A stretch of 24,000 nucleotides of DNA from Brochothrix phage BtpYZU04. This document shows positions 17,487-24,000 of this stretch, piece after piece (the stretch's first letter is position 1; the number at the start of each line of letters is the position of its first letter). A program made the position numbers and the translations under genes. Below the pieces are notes generated by a model. That model was not told where the DNA came from, made no database searches, and worked only from the letters and a program-made list of their open reading frames with translations. The stretch is taken from the sequence record PP504779.1. One strand, written 5' to 3'.

Positions 17487-17507
17487 GGTCTCTTACTTTA
17501 TATCTAA

Positions 17508-17536
17508 AGTATAACACAGGTTTTAATACCTGTCAA
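17508..17536 (-). promoter_or_regulatory. Consensus sigma-A promoter for the large RNA/tRNA transcript
   Basis: Minus strand TTGACA-N17-TATACT (17531-17536 and 17508-17513). Confidence 0.9.
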
Positions 17537-17549
17537 CACTTTTTATTAA

Positions 17550-18125
17550 TTATTTTGCTCTCATTGCTTCAATCTCTGCTGTTTCTTTTCTAATACGCTC
17601 AATAACACTGTCAGCATCCTCATCATTAGCTAAAGCTAAACGAATAACAAGTGACTCTCCTTGCATTGGGTTACTGCAACCTGACATAGGTGAGCCGTCA
17701 ACATCCGCAATGATAGTAACACCCTCAAATATGAGTTTACCCTCACTGTCTTTAGTCTCAGCTAACTTACTTATTACTTTAGCATTGATTTCTTCATCTG
17801 TCAATACTGCTTTCATAATATAGCTAACCAGTAATGTCCATGCCTCTGTGTTATAGGCTGTACGGTGAACCTCGATGTCAATCAAACTTGCAGAGTCGTC
17901 CTCTTTTGTGCTACGTGCTAACTTAAACTGGAAGTTTTCGTAACGTTCCTTGAACCATTCAACTACGGTATCTGCATACGCATCTAGCATAGCTTCTCGT
18001 TCTTCTGGAGTACGTTTAGAAGCGTTAGTTAAGGTATGTACCGTTTCTAAGTTTAAGGGTACGTACGTCTCTTCTTTGCTGTCCTCTTTACGTGAGAACC
18101 ATGTTTTAATATTTTTAATAGCCAT
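17550..18125 (-). CDS. Hypothetical protein
   Basis: ORF of 191 aa with GGAGGAAA RBS. Confidence 0.75.
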   Translation of the reverse strand: MAIKNIKTWFSRKEDSKEETYVPLNLETVHTLTNASKRTPEEREAMLDAYADTVVEWFKERYENFQFKLARSTKEDDSASLIDIEVHRTAYNTEAWTLLVSYIMKAVLTDEEINAKVISKLAETKDSEGKLIFEGVTIIADVDGSPMSGCSNPMQGESLVIRLALANDEDADSVIERIRKETAEIEAMRAK

Positions 18126-18190
18126 GTAATTTTCCTCCCGCTAAATATGATATATACATATTATACCACAGATTAGTGGGTGAAAGTAGG

Positions 18191-18820
18191 CTAGTTGTCC
18201 TCTTCTTTAAATAAGTAAGCAACATCATTAGCTTCTAACACCCAATCGCCATCCTTGTTTAGCTTCATACCATTGTCCTCAGCAAAGCCCCCAAGGTTAG
18301 GTCCCATGTCGTCAGATACTGATACACCTTTTTCAGCGTCAACCGCTAACTTACATGCCTCATAAAAACCACGTACGCCTGCACCAATAACTGTATCGTT
18401 AGATGAGATATCCAACATTACAATATACTTGTCTGTCTCTAAGTAGGTGATTAGGGCTGTTTTGTTGCCTTCATCATCTGTTAATGTAACATAGTTTTCT
18501 TTGTTACTCTTATTGCTATCGTTAGCGCTTATGATATCTGCTTCCCCTACCCCAAGCTCCTTCATCTCAGAAGATGTCAACTTAGGTTGTGTGTCGTGTG
18601 TCTTCTTAGTCATATTGGATGCGAGGTTAGACACAGGTGCCTGTTCCTCTTCTGTACTTGCTTTTGGCTTGTCATCACTTTGTTCTTTTTGGTCACCGTC
18701 TACATAAATAGTAGTTTCCATTGGCTTACCGTTTCTAATTACTGTCTTCTTTTGAGGTGTTAGTTTACCAAGGTCCTTATTACCACCTTTAGATACTTCC
18801 TCGTTAGTCTCGTTATTCAT
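18191..18820 (-). CDS. Hypothetical acidic protein
   Basis: ORF of 209 aa; low-complexity charged N-terminal half. Confidence 0.7.
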   Translation of the reverse strand: MNNETNEEVSKGGNKDLGKLTPQKKTVIRNGKPMETTIYVDGDQKEQSDDKPKASTEEEQAPVSNLASNMTKKTHDTQPKLTSSEMKELGVGEADIISANDSNKSNKENYVTLTDDEGNKTALITYLETDKYIVMLDISSNDTVIGAGVRGFYEACKLAVDAEKGVSVSDDMGPNLGGFAEDNGMKLNKDGDWVLEANDVAYLFKEEDN

Positions 18821-19274
18821 TATTATCCTCCTGTTCCATTAATGGGTAGATACCCCGTTCTTTTAATACGTTGTAAAGGAAAATTCTCCCTTTTTGTGTC
18901 CATACCATGTAATAACCTTTTTTATAAGGGTTCTTTGTGTAATCTTCATATCCTTTTAGTTGATATGGAAGCGTAAGATTCCACGTAGATATGTGTCTAA
19001 CTTGTATTCCCTCGTTCTCTAGCTCTTCGTTAATCTTGGAAGCAGTTAGTCCATAAAAATTAGCAAACGACGTCATGCTCATTGTTCGTTTGTCTTTTAA
19101 TGTAATATCCAAGAAGTCTTCTTGTAATTTGCTCTCTCGGAGTTTCTCTTTTAGGTTACCCACCTGTTTTAATAACTTGGCGTTCTCCTTTTCAATATCT
19201 GCGTATCTCTCTAACGATTCTGTAATAACGTTAGGGTGTTTAGTAATAAAATCAATAACATCTTCTCTGTTCAT
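18813..19274 (-). CDS. KilAC/antirepressor-like DNA-binding protein
   Basis: Coiled coil followed by SMTSFANFYGLTASKINEELENEGIQVR...GYYMVWTQKGRIFLYNVLKERGIYPLM, resembling phage antirepressor C-terminal domains. Confidence 0.6.
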   Translation of the reverse strand: MNREDVIDFITKHPNVITESLERYADIEKENAKLLKQVGNLKEKLRESKLQEDFLDITLKDKRTMSMTSFANFYGLTASKINEELENEGIQVRHISTWNLTLPYQLKGYEDYTKNPYKKGYYMVWTQKGRIFLYNVLKERGIYPLMEQEDNNE

Positions 19275-19343
19275 GTTAAATCCCCCTTTTCTTCTCTATA
19301 CCTTTATAATAACAAAAGGGCTGACCGAAGTCAACCCCTAAGT

Positions 19344-20163
19344 TTAAAATCCTAAATTATCTTGTCCTGATACGTCAGTGTAATTGAAAGCGTTGCTACG
19401 TGAAGTAACGTTATCAATAATGTGGTTCATGGCTACGTTAGCGTACACAGATGCTTGAGCCCAGTGGTCGTCACCTTTACGTGTGATTTCCTTCTGTATC
19501 TCTCCTGTGCGCTCGTCCTCCACGTCTCGTATAACAACGTTTGTCCAGTGCTCAGTAAACATGTTTCTTTCGGCTGTTTTATTACTCCACAAACCTACTC
19601 GTTTAGTTTTGATTGCTTCAATGAAGATGGTGTTCTGAGTGAGCTTGTCTATTGTTACCTTGTTACCATTATCGTTCCAAACGGGATGAACCTGCCCGTT
19701 TGACTTAGCAGGGTTAACTTGAACTCCGAATGTACGGTGTTTTCCAAAAGCGTTAATCAGCTTAGCGATGTAGTTACCACTGAAACCAATATCTGCAAGA
19801 ATGAGGTCTGGACTGTAGAGGTCCACTTGGGCGATAAGAGACTTGATATCTGCCTCAATATCTTTAGTGTTAGACTTAGACGACTTAACGTTAAAGACTC
19901 GCATAATATCTACAAGTCCGTTCGCTCGTCTTCCCATAACAACTACCCAGTGGAAATGCTCTCCCCAGTCAATACCAACAACTACGTTTGTGTAGTCTCC
20001 TCGGCTGTACACCATATCAGGCATATCGTCACGTAACGTATTTTCTATGTCACGCTCTACAATTGCCATTGCGATATCTTGGTAAGGGACACCTATAACA
20101 TAGTTGTAAAAGGTCTGCTTAGACTTAGAGACTAGCTCCTTCCTTTTAAGGTCATCGGCGCTT
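19344..20163 (-). CDS. terL: Terminase large subunit, 3'-terminal exon (nuclease domain)
   Basis: SADDLKRKELVSKSKQTFYNYVIGVPYQDIAMAIVERD... through VVGIDWGEHFHWVVVMG and LILADIGFSGNY. The reading frame runs upstream of the listed ORF start to the intron end. Confidence 0.85.
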
Positions 20164-20334
20164 CGTTTATACCCTCGGTTTCCCGATATTTATTAGGGGA
20201 CTAGACTATATCATAACCCATCTTTTTGGTGATGGGTTTCTCAAGGAAGGTTGGTTATTTTTATGTAGTTTCAGCTTTGCCCGTTTAGCAAGATTTTTCA
20301 ATACACATTACTGTGTAAAGCCCCATTATACCTT
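20164..20334 (-). other. Truncated group I-like intron remnant (171 nt) in terL
   Basis: 5' end and P1 pairing like the other introns, and 3' block GGGTTATGATATAGTCTAGTCCCC...ATCGGGAAACCGAGGGTATAAACG, but it lacks the roughly 170-nt central segment present in the others. Confidence 0.8.
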
Positions 20335-20357
20335 AGGGATAGGTAGTCAATATCAAC
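20335..20357 (-). CDS. terL: terL 23-nt micro-exon (VDIDYLSL, last codon split)
   Basis: GTTGATATTGACTACCTATCCCT between two introns. It continues exon 3 (...SSVEG) as VDIDYLSL, a conserved terminase segment just before the Walker B acidic residues. Confidence 0.8.
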
Positions 20358-20704
20358 CTATTTACATAAGTAAACACCCTCGGTTTCCCGATATTTATTA
20401 AGGGTCTAGACTATATCATAACCCATCTTTTTGGTGGTGGGCTCTCCTTGTTACTTCCTCCATTGAGGTTTTCTTATCTAAGTTACACATCTCCATTTAG
20501 ATATTCGCTTAGAAATTTAGTCGTTAGGCATTTATGGTATTGCTACCAATTTAGCACGGGATTACCTCTATCCTTTTGGACTTAGGTTCTCTTATCAGCT
20601 TATTCCTCCTTCACAAGGAAGGTTGGTTATTTTTATGTAGTTTCAGCTTTGCCCGTTTAAAGGAGTTATTCGATACACATTACTGTGTAAAGGGGCATTG
20701 ATAT
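20358..20704 (-). other. Group I-like intron (347 nt), ORF-less
   Basis: P1: exon GGGU | AUAUCAAUGCCC with U.G at the splice site; shared core; ends in G. Confidence 0.8.
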
Positions 20705-20872
20705 ACCCTCCACTGAGCTTGCTTTACTAGCTGAGCGGAATAGTAAGAATGAATCTCTTATTCTTTTACCTTTAACAGAGTCACCATCAGGGCTTAAAAT
20801 TGTGCTGTAGTAACCTGAGTGGATGACGGGGTCTAACCGTGTCTTAATGAAATCGTCTAGCTGTCTGTACGT
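20705..20872 (-). CDS. terL: terL exon 3
   Basis: TYRQLDDFIKTRLDPVIHSGYYSTILSPDGDSVKGKRIRDSFLLFRSASKASSVEG (56 codons exactly). Confidence 0.85.
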
Positions 20873-21213
20873 CGTTTATACCCTTGGTTTCCCGATATTT
20901 ATTAGGGGACTAGACTATATCATAACCCATCTTTTTGGTGATGGGTCTCTTGCGTTACTTCCTCCATTGAGGTTTTATTACACAATAAGAACATTCCCAT
21001 TTGAATGGTTTACTGTGAATTTAGTCGTTAGGCATTTATGGTATTGCTACCAATTTAGCACGGGATTACCTCTGCCCTTTTCAGGGGTTAGGCTCTCTTA
21101 TCAGAATGTTCGTCCTTCATATTGAAGGTTTGGCAGTTTTTATCTTAGCTTTTCTGTGCCCGTTTAGCAAGATTTTTCAATACACATTACTGTGTAAAGC
21201 CCCATTATAACCT
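20873..21213 (-). other. Group I-like intron (341 nt), ORF-less
   Basis: P1: exon CCCU | AGGUUAUAAUGGGG; core shared with flanking introns. Confidence 0.85.
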
Positions 21214-21351
21214 AGGGAAGGCATACATACACTTAACTTTATTAGCTGAGTACCTATCTGCGAACCATAGCATCTCAGCTACACCTATCTCAGACAACCC
21301 GAGCTGGCGTGACTTCATTACAACCTTGTTGGGATGTTGGTCGTTTATTAT
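21214..21351 (-). CDS. terL: terL exon 2 (ATPase motif exon)
   Basis: IINDQHPNKVVMKSRQLGLSEIGVAEMLWFADRYSANKVKCMYAFP (46 codons exactly). Confidence 0.85.
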
Positions 21352-21675
21352 CGTTTGTACCCTCGGTTTCCCGATATTTATTAGGGGACTGGACTATATC
21401 TTAACCTTGATTTTTGGCTCAAGGTTCCTCACGTTACTTCCTCTCTCGAGGTTTTCTTATCTAAGTTACACATCTCCATTTAGATATTCGCTTAGAAGTT
21501 TAGTCTCTAGGCATTTACATTCTTAAGAATGAGTTAGCACGGGATTACCTCTACCCTTTTTTCAGGGATTAGGCTCTCTTATCAGAATGTTCGTCCTTCA
21601 TATTGAAGGTTTGGCAGTTTTTATCTTAGCTTTTCTGTGCCCGTTTAGTGAGGTTTATATCGAACATGTTTGTCT
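21352..21675 (-). other. Group I-like intron (324 nt), ORF-less
   Basis: P1: exon CGGAU | ...GUUCG with U.G; 3' block AATAAATATCGGGAAACCGAGGGTACAAACG. Confidence 0.8.
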
Positions 21676-21903
21676 ATCCGTTTGCCACGGTCTATGTGCT
21701 ACAGCTTTTGACGAGTCCCTGTTAGGGATGCTAAAGGTTATCGGATGACCTTTAACGGTGTGATAGGCTAACAGATACGCAGAAGGAACGCTCATAGTAA
21801 GCACGTACCTTAACTGCTCTGGTGTAACCTTATCTGTTTCAAATGTCGCTCTCGCCATTCGCTGTAATGTTTCTCCTCTAAGGTCAGGTGCAATATATCC
21901 CAT
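21676..21903 (-). CDS. terL: terL exon 1
   Basis: MGYIAPDLRGETLQRMARATFETDKVTPEQLRYVLTMSVPSAYLLAYHTVKGHPITFSIPNRDSSKAVAHRPWQTD (76 codons). Confidence 0.8.
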
Positions 21904-22304
21904 TAGAAGGTACCTGCGTTCTCGTCATTATGTTGTTGCATGATACTGTCAGCAACAGCTTGTATCTTCTCTGGCGATAGCTCTTCAAGGTTGACTAGAG
22001 TCTCTTCGTCTCCGATAACGCCCGCTTCTTCTAGCGCTCTCATCTCACCTGATTTAATCTCTGGTAGCTGACCATCACCTGCTCCACCTGCGAGCATGTC
22101 TTGGTATCCAACCATCTCTTTCCACATAACGTATATACGTTGGACGTCTACGAGGTCAGTGACTTCTATTTTTCCTGCGGTCATGTTCTCAAGGAATTTG
22201 CTTAGCGTTGCCGAAGCAATATCCGAAAACGTCTGTGCGACTTCTGCTTGAGACACTTGCTGTTTCTTTGTTGCTTTTTCTTTTATGTTGTCAGCCATTG
22301 ACAT
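21903..22304 (-). CDS. Possible terminase small subunit-like protein
   Basis: Directly upstream of terL with start/stop overlap. Start taken at MSMADN after AAAGGATTG; assignment rests on position only. Confidence 0.4.
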   Translation of the reverse strand: MSMADNIKEKATKKQQVSQAEVAQTFSDIASATLSKFLENMTAGKIEVTDLVDVQRIYVMWKEMVGYQDMLAGGAGDGQLPEIKSGEMRALEEAGVIGDEETLVNLEELSPEKIQAVADSIMQQHNDENAGTF

Positions 22305-22578
22305 TATTATCAATCCTTTCACAATATCTCTGATAACACCCTTTCGTGTCGCTACAGACTGCGAGATATAAGAACGTGTCTGTGTACACAATTTTAAAAG
22401 GTATGTTGACTTTGTAACTTGCTGTTGAGTAATAAAACTTTGTTAGCTCTGCTCCACAATTAACGCATAAATGGGACTTGTTCTCGCTGTGTGACTTGTT
22501 AATACGGCGAATCCGAGTATACGGTAGATTGGCGAGCATATTAATTTGCATTATTTCGTATTCTTTATATGTCATCAA
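22291..22578 (-). CDS. Hypothetical protein with Cys pairs
   Basis: ORF of 95 aa; CVNCG...C..C. Confidence 0.6.
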   Translation of the reverse strand: MMTYKEYEIMQINMLANLPYTRIRRINKSHSENKSHLCVNCGAELTKFYYSTASYKVNIPFKIVYTDTFLYLAVCSDTKGCYQRYCERIDNNVNG

Positions 22579-22882
22579 TATCTATCTCCCTCCTGAAAGC
22601 TAGACGATAAAGAGAGCCTATGTTAGCGCCCAAGACCTGATAAAGATTAGCAGGGATAGGGACGTCAAAGAACTCGTTCTGTATGTCCACCAGACCCTTA
22701 ATGTCAAGCATAAATGTAGTGAGGTCCTCGCTCTCCTCCTCAATATACTTGTAAGCGCAAGCGTAACCTATGAACATGCTCATGTTCCAGTCTAGGCGTG
22801 TACGTCCGTGTATAAAACTTGTAAGAGAGTTAGCGAACACGAAGTAGGCACGGCTGGAGCTGGAGTTATGGTTTTTTAACAT
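22565..22882 (-). CDS. Hypothetical protein
   Basis: ORF of 105 aa overlapping its neighbours. Confidence 0.6.
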   Translation of the reverse strand: MLKNHNSSSSRAYFVFANSLTSFIHGRTRLDWNMSMFIGYACAYKYIEEESEDLTTFMLDIKGLVDIQNEFFDVPIPANLYQVLGANIGSLYRLAFRREIDIDDI

Positions 22883-23180
22883 GGGCTTTGCTTACCTTAT
22901 TCTGACGTGCGATTGTTTGGGTATGTTGTTCGGTTATCTCCATACAAACTCGCAGGTCTTCTTTTATCCTAGAAATCTCTTCCTCTTTTTGAGGCGCTAT
23001 AACGACTCTATCATAACATATTACGACTGCTATAGCGACAGCAATCCCTGCTGATATGGTAGCGATGAGTTCGTAAGCGTGTGCCCCTAAAACCTGTGCG
23101 AGGTAAGGTGCGACGGTGAAAAAAGATGCCTCAATGAACAAAATAATCACCATCTTTATGCTAATGTGTCTGTAGTTCAC
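22866..23180 (-). CDS. Membrane protein with two hydrophobic segments and a coiled-coil tail
   Basis: ORF of 104 aa. Confidence 0.6.
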   Translation of the reverse strand: MNYRHISIKMVIILFIEASFFTVAPYLAQVLGAHAYELIATISAGIAVAIAVVICYDRVVIAPQKEEEISRIKEDLRVCMEITEQHTQTIARQNKVSKAHVKKP

Positions 23181-23330
23181 GACTGAGCCTCCTTAACACT
23201 CGTACTGTGGTGAGTACAAATATTAGTTATATTATTATATGACTAAGGTAGCGTGTCTATACCCCCATTATAGCATACTATAGTACGCCAATACGAACAA
23301 CTTTTTAATAAGCGTAGGAAGGAGCGAACG

Positions 23331-23774
23331 ATGGCTAGAGAGGATAAACGAAGAGCTATTAACGAGCGGTACGCTGATAACTCACCTTCTACTGATAGTC
23401 TCGAAGTTAGTCTTGCCATCGAAAAGCTTAGGTCTGAAATTGTTAGGGTTTTAACTGAGATGGAACATCTGAAAGAGGATATTAAACAAGACTTGCCTGT
23501 CACTGTTGGAGATATTAAGAATCAGATAAGTGCCTTTTCAGAGGAACTGAAAGACATGCAAGATAAGATAAGCGCTGTTGACAAGGACCTAGCTCTTCTG
23601 GAAGAGAGGCTAAGTAACTTTATGCTTACAATGAACAACACACTCAAAGAGTTAGAGAACGCTCAAAAAGAACGAAAACGAGAAGTTAACGTTCTGAGCA
23701 CAAATAAAACGACCTTAATCGTAGCTATCATAACCGTTATTTCAACTTGGTTGGTTAAACTATGGTTTGGTTAA
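23331..23774 (+). CDS. Coiled-coil protein with C-terminal TM anchor
   Basis: ORF of 147 aa; charged helices, then TTLIVAIITVISTWLVKLWFG. Confidence 0.65.
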   Translation: MAREDKRRAINERYADNSPSTDSLEVSLAIEKLRSEIVRVLTEMEHLKEDIKQDLPVTVGDIKNQISAFSEELKDMQDKISAVDKDLALLEERLSNFMLTMNNTLKELENAQKERKREVNVLSTNKTTLIVAIITVISTWLVKLWFG

Positions 23775-24000
23775 ATCGGAGGACACAATGAAAAAATATG
23801 AATTTGAGATTTTTGTAACTGAAACTTTATCGTTTAAACATGTACCTAAGGCGACTATGTCTTATAACCCTGTAAGCTATATGGATGCTTTTTTAGTAGG
23901 TGCAGGTAATGCTAGTCTTGAATGTACTGGTAGTGGTGACAAACCTGTAAGGGTTAACTATCGTAATGTTCTGTTTTACAGTTACAAAGAAATAGCTTAG
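23767..24000 (+). CDS. Hypothetical protein (small, ends at window edge)
   Basis: ORF of 77 aa ending in TAG at the last bases. Confidence 0.55.
   Translation: MVKSEDTMKKYEFEIFVTETLSFKHVPKATMSYNPVSYMDAFLVGAGNASLECTGSGDKPVRVNYRNVLFYSYKEIA

Noticed and set aside
17085-17507. 140-aa plus-strand ORF
   Set aside because: It is antisense to the highly structured RNA locus, overlaps both arms of the 28-bp inverted repeat and the minus-strand promoter, and has no RBS or protein-like features.
18813-19341. Homing endonuclease near terL
   Set aside because: The minus-strand protein here resembles a KilAC/antirepressor-like DNA-binding protein. No LAGLIDADG, GIY-YIG or HNH motif seen, and the introns carry no ORF.
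20823-21526. Plus-strand ORFs of 100 and 66 aa within terL
   Set aside because: They are similar to each other only because they read antisense through the repeated introns; not independent genes or a repeat protein family.
20171-21620. Interspersed repeats as a CRISPR array or IS elements
   Set aside because: Repeat spacing and content are explained by homologous group I-like introns alternating with in-frame terL exons.

Overview
This window is a segment of a lytic tailed-phage genome. The terminase-like protein, AAA+ ATPase, tail-fibre and endolysin genes suggest an SPO1/Twort-type (Herelleviridae-like) phage of a low-GC Gram-positive host; that placement is inference from remembered families. 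Positions 1-9.9 kb hold minus-strand accessory or early-type genes, several with perfect or near-perfect sigma-A promoters (TTGACA-N17-TATACT type). A plus-strand block at 9.95-13.9 kb encodes a tail fibre, two small tail-module proteins and an amidase/SH3 endolysin. From 14.0 to 23.2 kb the minus strand carries small genes, a tRNA and noncoding-RNA cluster (14.3-17.5 kb), and a large terminase subunit gene split by group I-like introns. Two results stand out. (1) A roughly 580-nt noncoding RNA locus (16908-17486) directly follows a consensus promoter and is closed by a 28-bp long-range helix, next to tRNA genes. It fits a giant ornate phage RNA of the ROOL/GOLLD kind. Further repeated RNA-like modules and two oversized tRNA-like elements lie downstream. 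(2) terL is split into at least five exons, including a 23-nt micro-exon. The last intron is truncated to 171 nt with no visible catalytic core, and the exon expected to carry the Walker B acidic residues is missing. That is either a repeat-collapse assembly artefact or a real intron-mediated deletion.
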